Positions 43,359-53,655 of a stretch of DNA of 64,000 bases are shown here, one piece after another. The position numbers were made by a program, and so were the translations under genes. This DNA comes from Candidatus Marinacidobacterium sp. (GTDB lineage: Bacteria > Acidobacteriota > Vicinamibacteria > Marinacidobacterales > Marinacidobacteraceae). The stretch is from the NCBI GenBank assembly GCA_965204755.1, contig OZ242011.1, positions 3,456,001 to 3,520,000 on the forward strand, read 5' to 3'. How positions within the stretch are numbered: position 1 is the first letter of the stretch; each line of letters starts with the position of its first letter. The notes beneath the pieces were generated by a model. The model saw only the letters and a program-made list of their open reading frames with translations, had not been told where the DNA came from and searched no databases.

Positions 43359-44492
43359 GTGGGAGAGAAGCAGCGGACGCTCCCCGACCTGCGGCGGGAA
43401 CTCGCCCGGGCGGACGAGGAGATCCTCGACGCCTGGGCCCGGCGGGAGGAGATCACCGGCGCCGTCGGCCGGCTGAAAGAAGCGGCGGACGCGCCGATCC
43501 ACGACGCCCGCCAGGAGGAGCGGGTGGTCGAGCGGGCGCGGGCCGGCGCCCGCCGGCGGAACCTGCCCGAAGGGCTGGCGGCGGAGTTGGCGCGGCTCGT
43601 CATGCGGTCGTCGCTGGCCCGGCAGGAACAGGCGCGGCTCCGGGCCCGGCGGCAGGGCGCGGGGCGGAAGGCGCTGGTCATCGGCGGCGCCGGGCGGATG
43701 GGGCGGTGGTTCGCCGCCTTCCTCGGCGAGCAGGGGTTCCGGGTGGCCGTCGCGGATCCGGGGATCGGCGACGGAGCGGACGGCGAACGGGACGGCGAAC
43801 GGGATGGGGAGGGCCGGTTCCGCGACTGGACGGAGGCCCCGGACGACTTCGACCTCACCGTGGTCGCGGCGCCGCTCCCGGTGACCGCCGACCTCCTGCC
43901 GGAGATCGCCGCCGCCGGCCGGCGGGGCCTGGTCTTCGACATCGGCTCGGTGAAGACCCCGCTCCGGCCCGGGCTCGAGGAGATGGCGCGGCGGGGCGTC
44001 TCGGCGGCCTCCGTCCACCCGATGTTCGGCCCGGACACCCTGGCCCTCCACCGGCGGCATGTGCTCGTGATGGAGGCGGGCAGCCCCGCCGCCGCCGACG
44101 CCGCCGCCGAACTCTTCTCCGGGACGATGGCCGAGGTGCTGCGCCTGCCGCTCGACGCCCACGACCCGCTGATCGCCTATGTGCTCGGCCTCTCCCACGC
44201 CGCGAACCTGGCGTTCCTCACCGCCGTCCGGGAGAGCGGCGAACACGCCCCCCGGCTGGCGCGGCTCTCGAGCGTCACCTTCGACCGCCAGATGGCCACG
44301 GCGGCGGCGGTCGCGCGGGAGAACCCCCGCCTCTACTTCGAGATCCAGCGCTCCAACCCGCACGGCGACGGGGCGCTCCGCAGTCTGGCGGCGGCGGTGC
44401 GCCGCCTCGCCGACCTCGTCCGCGCCGGCGACGAGGAGGCCTTCGTCTCCCTGATGCGGGAGGGCCGCGACTACCTGACCGCCCGGTCCTGA
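43359..44492 (+). CDS. tyrA: Chorismate mutase / prephenate dehydrogenase
   Basis: AroQ-like N-terminus, IGGAGRMG, DIGSVK, HPMFGP, HD..IA. Confidence 0.85.
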   Translation: MGEKQRTLPDLRRELARADEEILDAWARREEITGAVGRLKEAADAPIHDARQEERVVERARAGARRRNLPEGLAAELARLVMRSSLARQEQARLRARRQGAGRKALVIGGAGRMGRWFAAFLGEQGFRVAVADPGIGDGADGERDGERDGEGRFRDWTEAPDDFDLTVVAAPLPVTADLLPEIAAAGRRGLVFDIGSVKTPLRPGLEEMARRGVSAASVHPMFGPDTLALHRRHVLVMEAGSPAAADAAAELFSGTMAEVLRLPLDAHDPLIAYVLGLSHAANLAFLTAVRESGEHAPRLARLSSVTFDRQMATAAAVARENPRLYFEIQRSNPHGDGALRSLAAAVRRLADLVRAGDEEAFVSLMREGRDYLTARS

Positions 44493-44509
44493 CCGCCGGG
44501 GAAGCCTCC

Positions 44510-45949
44510 CTACCGCCCGCCCCCGGCGGGTTCGAGGAGGTCCCGGAGCGCCCCCACCGCGCGCGCCGCTTCCGCGCCGGAAGCGAAGTCCCGGGGCCGG
44601 AACCGGTCGCCGCTGGTCCGCAGCAGGCCGAGGTCCACCGCGACGGCGGCGGCCTCGCGGCTCCGGTGCATCTCCGGCAGGTCGGCGAACCGCCGCTCAT
44701 CGACCCGCCGCCGGGCGGCGCGGAACCCGGGGCGGTCGTTCGCCGCGAACGCCGCGGCGAGCGCTTCCGCGAGCGTCGCCCGGTTCACGAACGCCAGCGG
44801 CTTGAAGGTGTGGTCGGGGAACAGCGTCAGGTAGCCGGCGCCCACCGCGCTGCGGATCAGGTCGGCCGCCCAACTCCGGTCGAGGTCGATGGCGATGACC
44901 GGCGCCCCCGGCCGGCCGGCGTCCTCCGGCGCCCCGAGTTCCGCCGCGAGCAGCGCCGCCAACTGCTCGCGGGTCACCCGCTCCGACTCCCGGATGCGCG
45001 CGTACTCGCCGGGCAGCCGCGCGGCGCGGAGACGCGGCGCCAGGGCCTCCACGCGCTCCGCGAGGCCCGGGGTCCGCGCGAGCGCCCGCGCGAGCGCCGG
45101 CTGCCCCCGCATCCGCTCCAGCCGGTCGAGGGCGGCCTCGGGGTCCCCCGCGTCCGCGAGCAGTTCCGCCGCGGTGACGCCGGCGGTGACGACCTGCCGC
45201 TCGGTGGCCTCGCCGCTGTCCGCCACCGCCTCGTAGAGCCGGGCGGCGGCCTCCGCCTCGCCGGCGGCGAGCGAGGCCTCCGCCGCCTCCATCCGGAGGT
45301 CGTCGGAGGGAAGCGCCTCGATCGCGGCGGCGTAGGCGGAAGCCACTTCCGGGTTCGCCGGATCGCTCCGGGCGAGGCCGCGCGCGGCGGCGAGCCGCCG
45401 TTCCGCCGTCTCCAGGGTCAGCGCCGGCAACCGCTCGACCGCCGCCGGCGCTTCCGGCTCGAGGTCCGCGAGCCGCCGGAGCCGGCGGAAGGCGCCGTCC
45501 TCGTCCCCGAGCGCCACCGCGGCGAGGTACTGCCCGAGCGCCGCGAACGCCGAATCCGGGGCCTGCTCGGCCGCCGCCCGGAAGTGGACTTCGGCGGGGT
45601 CCGGCCGCCCGGCCCGGAGCGCGAAGAACCCCGCCGCGCCGCGGACGCCGGGATCGTCCCCGAAGTCTTCGACGAGCCCGGAGAGGACCGCGTCCGCCTC
45701 CGCCAGCCGCCCTTCGAGCACGGCGGCCCAGGCGCCCGCGAGTTCCGCCTCCCGCCCGCCGAGCGCGCCGCCGGGCTCGGGGGAGCGCGCCGCCGCGAAT
45801 TCCCACCCGTCCACCGGCGCCGCCGGAATGTCCGGCAGCGGCCGCGCGGCGCACCCGGAGAGGAGCGCCGCCCCGAGCGAGACGGCGGCGAGCGCGCCGG
45901 AGCGGGCGCCCCGGCAGCGATCGGCAAGGCCCCCGCCGGCAGTCGGCAC
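44510..45949 (-). CDS. TPR + S-layer homology domain lipoprotein
   Basis: LLSGC lipobox, TPR-like repeats, VTREQLA, FPDHTFKP...VNRA, FADLP SLH-like motifs. Confidence 0.7.
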   Translation of the reverse strand: MPTAGGGLADRCRGARSGALAAVSLGAALLSGCAARPLPDIPAAPVDGWEFAAARSPEPGGALGGREAELAGAWAAVLEGRLAEADAVLSGLVEDFGDDPGVRGAAGFFALRAGRPDPAEVHFRAAAEQAPDSAFAALGQYLAAVALGDEDGAFRRLRRLADLEPEAPAAVERLPALTLETAERRLAAARGLARSDPANPEVASAYAAAIEALPSDDLRMEAAEASLAAGEAEAAARLYEAVADSGEATERQVVTAGVTAAELLADAGDPEAALDRLERMRGQPALARALARTPGLAERVEALAPRLRAARLPGEYARIRESERVTREQLAALLAAELGAPEDAGRPGAPVIAIDLDRSWAADLIRSAVGAGYLTLFPDHTFKPLAFVNRATLAEALAAAFAANDRPGFRAARRRVDERRFADLPEMHRSREAAAVAVDLGLLRTSGDRFRPRDFASGAEAARAVGALRDLLEPAGGGR

Positions 45950-46025
45950 GCGACCGATTCTATTCCCGCCCCCGCGGGCCGGACGCCGTTCCGCGGGCCG
46001 CCGGGGACGCTTCTAGAATCCGGCC

Positions 46026-46934
46026 ATGCGCAGCCTCCGTGTCCCCCTCTTCGCCGTCCTCCTCTCCGCGGTGATCTTCGCCTCCGCCGCCGGGCGCTCG
46101 CAGGAAGAGCCCGGCGCCGAACGGCGGATCCTCGAACATGTCTCGAGCATCCTGGCGCCGGGCGAGCGCCTGCTGCTCTCCGCGCTGGTCGAGGAGTTCA
46201 CCGCGCCGGACGAGCAGCGGGCGCTCGACCGCCTGAACGATGTGTTCTTCCGGACGCCGCTCTTCCTCCTCGAGTTCGAAGGGCGCGAAGGCCGCCTCCC
46301 CACGCTGGCCGAAATCTCCGACCAGTTCTCGCTCTACGGCGAGGAAGCCGCCGCGATCGTCCTCCGGGTGATGGAGGCCGACCCCCGCGTGCCGAAGTTC
46401 CTCCGGCGCGGCGACGACGGCGAACTCGCGTCGATCGACCGGGACTTGGTGATGGAGGACGAGCGGTTCGCGCGGGCGGTGAGCCGGAGCCTCACCGGCT
46501 GGGAGGGGCGAAGCCTCCCGCCCCTCGCCGGGGAAGACCTCGCCGGAGGGTCGGCCGCGCTCGCCGACCTGATGGACGACGCGACGCTGGTCTATGTCTG
46601 GTTCACCGAATGCCCGCCCTGCGTGCAGATCGCGCCGGTGCTCCAGTCCCTCCACGAGGACCTCGGCGCCGAAGGGCTCACCATCGTCGGCCTGAACGCC
46701 GACCGCGTCCTCAAGTTGCCCTACACCGACGAGCAGCGCCTCGAGCACATGGCGAAGGGCGGGGTCACCTTCACGAACCTCCACCTCACCGAGGAGACCC
46801 GCGCGGCCCTCGGCAATGTGAACATCTTCCCGACCCTGTTCCTCGCCTCCAGGGACGGCACGATCGTCCGCCACTTCGTGAACTTCCAACCCCGCGAAGC
46901 GATGGAACCCGCCATCCGCGAACTTCTGGAATAG
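46026..46934 (+). CDS. Exported TlpA/thioredoxin-like protein
   Basis: Signal peptide, WFTECPPC, IFPTLFL..RDGTI. Confidence 0.75.
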   Translation: MRSLRVPLFAVLLSAVIFASAAGRSQEEPGAERRILEHVSSILAPGERLLLSALVEEFTAPDEQRALDRLNDVFFRTPLFLLEFEGREGRLPTLAEISDQFSLYGEEAAAIVLRVMEADPRVPKFLRRGDDGELASIDRDLVMEDERFARAVSRSLTGWEGRSLPPLAGEDLAGGSAALADLMDDATLVYVWFTECPPCVQIAPVLQSLHEDLGAEGLTIVGLNADRVLKLPYTDEQRLEHMAKGGVTFTNLHLTEETRAALGNVNIFPTLFLASRDGTIVRHFVNFQPREAMEPAIRELLE

Positions 46935-47016
46935 CCCTCCGGCCCCGGCCAGCCGTCCCCGCCGACCGGCGCCGGCGGTGTTGGCGAATCCACCCACCTC
47001 CCTCGCTCGAGGAGGC

Positions 47017-47058
47017 CGACCGGCATGAGCAAGATCATCGGTATCGATCCGGGCACGG
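47017..47058 (+). pseudogene. dnaK 5' fragment copy (opens a 50-codon ORF 47025..47177)
   Basis: CGACCGGCATGAGCAAGATCATCGGTATCGATCCGGGCACG is nearly identical to the dnaK start at 48243-48283. Confidence 0.8.
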
Positions 47059-47289
47059 CCCGTCGCAGGGCGGACGAAGCAGAACTCGCCGCGCTCCGGG
47101 CGGCGGTGCGCGCGCCGGTGCCGTTCCCGTCTGCCTCGTCCTGCGGCGCGCCGGTAGCGGACGACGGGGAGCGTTAGCAACCTACCCGCACACGGGGAGC
47201 ACGGGGCGCCTTGAAGGAGCGCCGCAGAACGGCGGAGAGCGTCGCAGAGAGCGCCGGAGCGCCGCCCGGCGCTACGCTTCGCACCGCTC

Positions 47290-47688
47290 ATGATCGCTCC
47301 GGCTCTCTTCTTCGGGCTGCTCTCGGTAGTCACGGTTGCGCAACCTTCCGCCGGAGCAACCGCGCCGCTTACTCCTCAGCGTCAGACCGGGGGCGGGGCA
47401 TGTGCAGCCGAGTACACCTATCTGGCCCACAAGGCGGAGTGGGCTATCTGTTTTCCGGGCGACGACTGCCGCGACCCAGGCTATCTATGGGTCCCTCTGT
47501 CGGATGCGATCGCGTTCGCTGGCGTGTTCTCCGTCGTCGCCGACCAACTTGATGCGGCTGGGCTCACCATCCCGAAACTCGAGGCAGTGGAGCAAGCGCT
47601 CATGGTCGCCCTCCGACTCGCTGATAACCCTGAAGGAAACCACCTAACCGGCGCTGAACTCTGCGAAGCGTTCCCGAACCTCCGCTAA
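47290..47688 (+). CDS. Hypothetical secreted protein with atypical (lower GC) codon usage
   Basis: Signal-like N-terminus, 4 Cys, many A/T-ending codons, TAA stop. Confidence 0.55.
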   Translation: MIAPALFFGLLSVVTVAQPSAGATAPLTPQRQTGGGACAAEYTYLAHKAEWAICFPGDDCRDPGYLWVPLSDAIAFAGVFSVVADQLDAAGLTIPKLEAVEQALMVALRLADNPEGNHLTGAELCEAFPNLR

Positions 47689-47888
47689 CTTGGGGTCGCC
47701 AGGTCGCCGGAGAGCACCCGAAACGGCGCGCCCGGTGAGCGTCGCCACCGGGGAGCGCCGCCGGCGGTCCTGATCCGGCGGCGGCGGGAGCACCGAACCG
47801 AGGCGCCGGCGGACGATCCGGGGAGATACCGCCGGGCGGTGCCTACTTGGACGACGGCCGGACGCCGGGAGAACACCGGCGGCGGACG

Positions 47889-48015
47889 GTCCGCCGCCCT
47901 GATCCGGGCGACGGTGCCTCGGTGAGCGCGATCACGATCACCGCGTCCGGCAACCTCGGCAGGGAAGAGATCGAGTCCATGAAGGCGGCCCTTGCCGACG
48001 ACGGGAAGGCCGACA
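47889..48015 (+). pseudogene. Decayed internal dnaK fragment
   Basis: [20 protein letters not shown] vs dna[21 protein letters not shown] (about 49690-49815). Confidence 0.75.
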
Positions 48016-48101
48016 GAACCGGCAGAAGACGCCGGTAGGGCTCGCCCCTCCGGCGGCCCGAGACGCGCCATTTCCTCCCGGCGGCCATGTTGCCCGGAGT
48101 G

Positions 48102-48130
48102 TTGACAAAACTTCACTCACATCTTATAAT
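48102..48130 (+). promoter_or_regulatory. Consensus sigma70 promoter of the dnaK operon
   Basis: TTGACA-N17-TATAAT, overlapped by a GAGTG-N12-CACTC inverted repeat. Confidence 0.85.
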
Positions 48131-48250
48131 CCCGTCCAACTAAGGCCCGACGCCGGGCCTCCGCCGCCGGGAAGGCGGCGCGGGATCAAGCGGGCCGCCT
48201 CCGGGCGGCCGGAGTTTCGGGATTCGCCCCGGGAGTTTCCAACGACAGGC

Positions 48251-50176
48251 ATGAGCAAGATCATCGGTATCGATCTGGGCACGACGAACTCGGTCGTCGC
48301 CGTGATGGAGGGCGACCAGCCGACCATCATCCCGAACGCCGAGGGCGGCCGCACCACCGCTTCGGTGGTCGGGATGTCCAAGACGAACGAGCGGTTGGTC
48401 GGGGAAGTCGCCAAACGGCAGGCGATCACGAACCCGAAGAACACCGTCTCTTCGATCAAGCGGTTCATGGGCCGCCGCTTCGACGAGGCCGCCGACGAAC
48501 GGGGCCTGGTCTCCTACGAAGTCGCGAAGAAGTCGGACGGCGGGATCGAAGTGGGGCTCGGGGACGGCAAGAAGTACAGCCCGCCCGAAGTCTCCGCGAT
48601 GGTGCTCCAGAAGATGAAGTCCTCCGCCGAGTCCTACCTCGGGGAGGGCGTCTCCCGCGCGGTGATCACCGTGCCGGCTTACTTCAACGACTCGCAGCGG
48701 CAGGCCACCAAGGACGCCGGGGAGATCGCCGGGCTCGAAGTGGTGCGGATCGTGAACGAGCCGACCGCCGCCGCGCTCGCCTACGGCCTCGACAAGAAGG
48801 AGAGCGAGAAGATCGCGGTGTACGACTTCGGCGGCGGCACCTTCGACATCTCCATCCTCGAAGTCGGCGACGGCGTGGTCGAAGTCCGCTCCACGAACGG
48901 CGACACCAAACTGGGCGGGGACGACCTCGACCAGGAGGTCATGGACTGGATCGTCGCGGAGTTCCGGAAGTCCGACGGCATCGACCTCGGCGCCGACCCG
49001 ATGGCCCGCCAGCGGCTCAAGGACGCCGCCGAGAAGGCCAAGATCGAACTCTCCACCACCCACGAGACCGAGATCAACCTCCCGTTCATCACCGCCGACG
49101 CCTCCGGGCCGAAGCACCTGTCGCTGACCCTCTCCCGGGCGCGGCTCGAGTCCTTCATCGGGCCGCTGCTGGAGCGGACCGAAAGGCCCTGCCGGCAGGC
49201 GCTCGAAGACGCCGGCCTCTCCGACGCCGGCGTGGACGAAGTGGTGCTCGTCGGCGGCACCACCCGCATCCCGAAGGTGCGGGAGATCGCCGGGGAGATC
49301 TTCGGCAAGGCCCCCCACCAGGGCGTGAACCCGGACGAAGTCGTGGCGCTCGGCGCCGCGATCCAGGCCGGCGTCCTCAGCGGGGATGTCAAGGACCTCC
49401 TGCTGCTCGATGTGACGCCGCTCTCGCTCGGCATCGAGACGCTCGGCGGCGTCTTCACCCGGCTCATCGAGCGGAACACCACGATCCCGCACCGGAAGAG
49501 CGACAACTTCTCCACCGCCTCGGACAACCAGACCCAGGTCGAAGTCCATGTGCTGCAGGGCGAGCGCTCGATGGCCTCCGACAACCGGACGCTCGGCAAG
49601 TTCAACCTGGTCGGCATCCCGCCGGCGCCGCGCGGCGTTCCCCAGATCGAAGTCGCCTTCGACATCGACGCGAACGGCATCGTGAATGTCTCCGCCAAGG
49701 ACCGGGCGACCGGCAAGGAGCAGGCGATCACGATCACGGCGTCGAGCGGCCTCAGCAAGGAGGAGATCGAGTCCATGAAGGCGGACGCCTCCGCCAACGA
49801 GGACGCCGACAAGCAGCGCCGCGAGGAAGTGGAGTTCCGGAACGAGGTGGACGCGCTGACCCACAATGTGGAGAAGATGCTCGCCGACAGCCGGGACGAC
49901 CTCGACGCCTCCGACGCCTCCGACGCGGAGAAGGCCGTCGCCGAGGCCCGGTCGGCGCTCGCCGACGGGGACATGGACCGGATCCGGACCGCCCGGGAGG
50001 GCGTGGAGAAGGCCAGCCACCGCCTCGCGGAAGTCCTCTACAAGAAGACTTCCGACGCCAAGGCCCAGCCGCCTCCGCCCCCCCCGCCGCCGCCGGGTTC
50101 GGGCAAGCAGCGCCGGGGCAACGGCGCCGCCGCCTCCGACGACATCATCGACGCCGAGGTGGTCGGCGACAACTGA
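48251..50176 (+). CDS. dnaK: Chaperone DnaK
   Basis: [34 protein letters not shown]. Confidence 0.98.
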   Translation: MSKIIGIDLGTTNSVVAVMEGDQPTIIPNAEGGRTTASVVGMSKTNERLVGEVAKRQAITNPKNTVSSIKRFMGRRFDEAADERGLVSYEVAKKSDGGIEVGLGDGKKYSPPEVSAMVLQKMKSSAESYLGEGVSRAVITVPAYFNDSQRQATKDAGEIAGLEVVRIVNEPTAAALAYGLDKKESEKIAVYDFGGGTFDISILEVGDGVVEVRSTNGDTKLGGDDLDQEVMDWIVAEFRKSDGIDLGADPMARQRLKDAAEKAKIELSTTHETEINLPFITADASGPKHLSLTLSRARLESFIGPLLERTERPCRQALEDAGLSDAGVDEVVLVGGTTRIPKVREIAGEIFGKAPHQGVNPDEVVALGAAIQAGVLSGDVKDLLLLDVTPLSLGIETLGGVFTRLIERNTTIPHRKSDNFSTASDNQTQVEVHVLQGERSMASDNRTLGKFNLVGIPPAPRGVPQIEVAFDIDANGIVNVSAKDRATGKEQAITITASSGLSKEEIESMKADASANEDADKQRREEVEFRNEVDALTHNVEKMLADSRDDLDASDASDAEKAVAEARSALADGDMDRIRTAREGVEKASHRLAEVLYKKTSDAKAQPPPPPPPPPGSGKQRRGNGAAASDDIIDAEVVGDN

Positions 50177-50222
50177 CGCCCTGGGATTCGCCGGCGGAGA
50201 AGCGGCTCAGGGGACACCACCC

Positions 50223-51380
50223 ATGCCGGCGGGAGCGGACCTCTACGCGGTGCTCGGCGTCGAACGGGGCGCCGACGCCGTCCGCATCCGCCAGGCGTAC
50301 CGGCGTCTCGCGCGCCGGCTCCATCCCGATGTGAACCCGGACGACCGGGTGGTCGGGGAGCGATTCCGCCAGGTGCGGCTGGCGTTCGAGGTGCTGACCG
50401 ACCCCGAGCGCCGGGCCGACTACGACCGGCGGGGCGGGGTGGAGCCGCCCGGGGCGGACCCGGACGCGGCCCGCTACGGCTTCGCCGGGTTCGACTTCGG
50501 CGAGGCCCCGGAGCGGCGCGAAGGGACGCTCCACGAGATCTTCGGGCGGGGCGGCGAGGGCGCCGGAGCGGCCGGCCCCGGCGGCGGCGAGGAGTCGGAG
50601 GGCCGGGCGGACCTCCACGCCCGCGTCCGGCTCGGCTTCGTCGAGTCGCTCGAAGGGAAGCAGGTCCGCTTCCGGGTCATGCGCCGGGAGGCCTGCTCCT
50701 CCTGCGGCGGCGCGGGCGAGCGGCCGGCGGGCGAGGGCGTGGACTGCGCCGCCTGTTCCGGGACCGGGCGGCGCGTCCGGCGCTCCGGCGCCATGGTCTT
50801 CTCCCGCCCCTGCGAGCGCTGCGGGGGGCAGGGCGCCCGGTTCCGGAAGCCCTGCGCCGACTGCGCCGGGCGCGGCGCCCGGAGCCGGGCGGCGCGGGAA
50901 GTGGCCCGCGTTCCCGCCGGGGTCGCCGACGGCGCCACCGTCCTGCTCGAAGGGAAGGGGCACGAGCGCGCGGGGGGCCTCCCGCCGGGCGACCTCCACC
51001 TCCATGTGGAAGTGGCGCCCCACCCGGTGCTCGAACGCCGCGGCGACAACCTGGTCTGCCCGCTGCCGCTCACCCTCGCGGAAGCGGCGCTCGGCGGCCG
51101 GATCGAGGTGCCGACCCTCGACGGCGCGGTCACCGTCCGGCTGCCTCCCGGCATCCAGCCCGGCGCCCGCCTGCGGCTCGCCGGCCGGGGCGTCCGCTCC
51201 ACCCGGGGCGACGCCCGCGGCGACCTGTTCCTCGAAGTGCAGGTGCATGTCCCGGAGGTCCGGGACAGCCGCTCCCGGGAACTCCTGCGGGAGATCTCCG
51301 AGCGGTACCCGGAGTCCCCCCGGAGCGGGCTCCGGGAGAGCCTCGGCCCGGCGGCCGGGGGGCGCGGGGCGGGCGCATGA
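50223..51380 (+). CDS. dnaJ: Chaperone DnaJ
   Basis: HPD J-domain, four CxxCxGxG motifs, C-terminal domain. Confidence 0.92.
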   Translation: MPAGADLYAVLGVERGADAVRIRQAYRRLARRLHPDVNPDDRVVGERFRQVRLAFEVLTDPERRADYDRRGGVEPPGADPDAARYGFAGFDFGEAPERREGTLHEIFGRGGEGAGAAGPGGGEESEGRADLHARVRLGFVESLEGKQVRFRVMRREACSSCGGAGERPAGEGVDCAACSGTGRRVRRSGAMVFSRPCERCGGQGARFRKPCADCAGRGARSRAAREVARVPAGVADGATVLLEGKGHERAGGLPPGDLHLHVEVAPHPVLERRGDNLVCPLPLTLAEAALGGRIEVPTLDGAVTVRLPPGIQPGARLRLAGRGVRSTRGDARGDLFLEVQVHVPEVRDSRSRELLREISERYPESPRSGLRESLGPAAGGRGAGA

Positions 51381-51901
51381 GCGCCGAACGCCGCAAGGGC
51401 GTCTACATGATCAGCGCGGTGGCGGAGTTGTTCGACATCCACCCGCAGACGCTCCGGCTCTACGAGCGCGAAGGCCTGCTGCGCCCCTCCCGGACGGAGG
51501 GGAACACCCGCCTCTACACCGACGAGGACCTGAAGCAGTTGCGGACGATCCTGAACCTCCGCGAACTGGGGGTGAACCTCGCCGGGGTGGACATCATCCT
51601 GGACATGCGCCGGAAGATGCAGCGGATGCAGGAGGAGATCGCCGCCTTCACCCAGTTCATCCACCGGGAGTTGCAGCGCGAGGCGGACACGCTCAGTGAG
51701 CGGACGAAGAACGCGCTGGTCCGGCTGCCCCGCCGGGCCCTGGTGCCGGCCAAGGGATTCGGAGGCGGCGGCTCGGCGTCCCCGGGCGGGGACGACGACC
51801 CGGTCGGTGGCGAATCGGCCGGCGGCGAACGGGCCGGCGGCGAACGGGCCGGCGGCGAACGGGCCGGCGGCGAACCGGCCGGCCCCGATGGCGAGTCCTG
51901 A
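51377..51901 (+). CDS. hspR: MerR-family heat shock repressor HspR
   Basis: YMISAVAE...HPQTLRLYEREGLLRPSRTEGNTRLY, GVNLAGV; follows dnaJ. Confidence 0.85.
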   Translation: MSAERRKGVYMISAVAELFDIHPQTLRLYEREGLLRPSRTEGNTRLYTDEDLKQLRTILNLRELGVNLAGVDIILDMRRKMQRMQEEIAAFTQFIHRELQREADTLSERTKNALVRLPRRALVPAKGFGGGGSASPGGDDDPVGGESAGGERAGGERAGGERAGGEPAGPDGES

Positions 51902-52742
51902 GACGCCGGCGGCGGAGGCGCCGCCCGCCCGCGTCCGGCGGCCGAACCGGTGCCGCGCCCCGGTCTGTCCGCACTGTTCCGGAACCGGCTGGCGGCCCGC
52001 CCGCCCCGACGCCCGCCCCGACGCCGACGAAGGCGGGGTCGTCCCCTGCGGCTGCTCCGAGCCCGCTCCCGCCCCGACCGGCCTCGCCGACCTCGGCGTG
52101 CCGAGGAGCCTCCGCGACAAGACCTTCGGGAACTTCGAGGAGATCAGCGACGCCCTCCGGCGGACGAAGAAGACCGTCCTCGGCTGGGCGGACCGGTACC
52201 CGGATGTCCACGCCGGCCTGCTCCTCACCGGCCCCTCCGGGGTCGGAAAGACCCACCTGGCGGTGGCGGCGCTGTCCCGCATCCTCCGGGAGCGGGCGAT
52301 CCGGGCGCGGGCGCGCTTCGTCTATTTCCCGGAACTCGTGCGGACGCTGCAGCGGGGCAGCGGGGAGCGGCGGCCGCTCGGCGACGAGCGCCTGTTCGGG
52401 CCGGCCCTCGCTTCGGAGATCCTCGTCCTCGACCAACTCGGCGCCGAGATCGGCAGCGCCTGGCTGGAAGAGCAGTTGCTCTACCTGCTCACCCGCTGCC
52501 TCCACGACGGCGTCTTCGTGGTCGCCACCACCGCGTACCCGACGAGGACGCCCCGGAGCGCCTCGCCGCCCGGCTCGCCGGACGGCGGCCCGTTCGGGCC
52601 GAAGCGGCCGGCGGCGTCCACGCTGGCCGACAAGATCACCGCCCGGGCGGTCTCCGTGCTCCGCGAGGCCTGCCAGTTCGTCGAAGTCCGCGGCGACGAC
52701 TACCGGGAGGCGGTCCTGCAACACGGCCTCGGCTACTACTGA
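51888..52742 (+). CDS. DnaC/DnaI/IstB-like AAA+ ATPase with N-terminal Cys motif
   Basis: CPHCSGTG..PCGC, GPSGVGKTHLA, LVLDQLG, GDDYR. Confidence 0.8.
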   Translation: MASPETPAAEAPPARVRRPNRCRAPVCPHCSGTGWRPARPDARPDADEGGVVPCGCSEPAPAPTGLADLGVPRSLRDKTFGNFEEISDALRRTKKTVLGWADRYPDVHAGLLLTGPSGVGKTHLAVAALSRILRERAIRARARFVYFPELVRTLQRGSGERRPLGDERLFGPALASEILVLDQLGAEIGSAWLEEQLLYLLTRCLHDGVFVVATTAYPTRTPRSASPPGSPDGGPFGPKRPAASTLADKITARAVSVLREACQFVEVRGDDYREAVLQHGLGYY

Positions 52743-52811
52743 CGGCGCGCCCCGCCACGCCCACGGTGTAATTTCCGCCGTTCCCCGTTCCGCTCCCCCG
52801 AAGGAGACCCC

Positions 52812-53642
52812 ATGCGCTTCGTTCCGACCGTCCTCCTCCTCGCCCTCGGCCTCCCGGCGGCGGCGGCCGCCCAGGGCGGCGGCCCCGCGCCGGACAAGCC
52901 GCGCCCCATCGCCATCCGCGACAGCGTCTTCATCGAGGACCTGACCTGGATGGAAGTGCGCGACCTGATGGCCGCCGGGAAGACCACCGCCATCGTCGCC
53001 AGCGGCGGCGTGGAGCAGAACGGCCCCTACCTGGTGACCGGGAAGCACAATGTGCTGCTGCGGGGCCTCACCGAAGTGATCGCCCGCGACCTCGGCGACG
53101 CGCTGGTCGCGCCCATCCTGAAACTGGTGCCGGAGGGGGACTTCGACCCGCCCACCGGCCACATGCGCTACCCGGGCACGGTCGGGCTCAGCGAAGAGAC
53201 CTTCCGCGCCGTGGTCACCGATGTCTGCCGGAGCCTCAGGGCGAGCGGCTTCGAGCACCTCGTCCTGATCGGCGACAGCGGCGGCAACCAGGCCGGCATG
53301 AAGGCCGTGGCCGAGAAACTCCACGCCGAGTGGAAGGGGATGCCCGGGGTCCACTACATCCCCGAGTTCTACGACTACGCCGCCCTCCAGGAGTGGCTCG
53401 CCGGGCAGGGGGTCGAACAGACCCCGGAGGGGATCCACGACGACTACGCCATCACTTCGATGATGGCGGCGGTGGACCCGGACTCCATCCGCACCGCGGA
53501 GCGCCGGGCGGCCGACCTCTTCCGCATCAACGGCGTCGAGGTGGACCCGCTGGACCAGACCCGGATGTGGGGCAACCGCCTGTTCCGCCACCGCAGCGAA
53601 ATGACCGTGAAGGCGATCCGCGCCGCCCGCGATTCCCACTGA
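52812..53642 (+). CDS. Creatininase-family amidohydrolase with signal peptide
   Basis: EDLTWMEV, GGVEQNGP, DSGGNQ, GIHD. Confidence 0.8.
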   Translation: MRFVPTVLLLALGLPAAAAAQGGGPAPDKPRPIAIRDSVFIEDLTWMEVRDLMAAGKTTAIVASGGVEQNGPYLVTGKHNVLLRGLTEVIARDLGDALVAPILKLVPEGDFDPPTGHMRYPGTVGLSEETFRAVVTDVCRSLRASGFEHLVLIGDSGGNQAGMKAVAEKLHAEWKGMPGVHYIPEFYDYAALQEWLAGQGVEQTPEGIHDDYAITSMMAAVDPDSIRTAERRAADLFRINGVEVDPLDQTRMWGNRLFRHRSEMTVKAIRAARDSH

Positions 53643-53655
53643 GGCGCGCCCGGCC

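Noticed and set aside
51888-52742. IS21 IstB / insertion sequence
   Set aside because: No IstA transposase or terminal inverted repeats seen; the gene is embedded in the chaperone operon.
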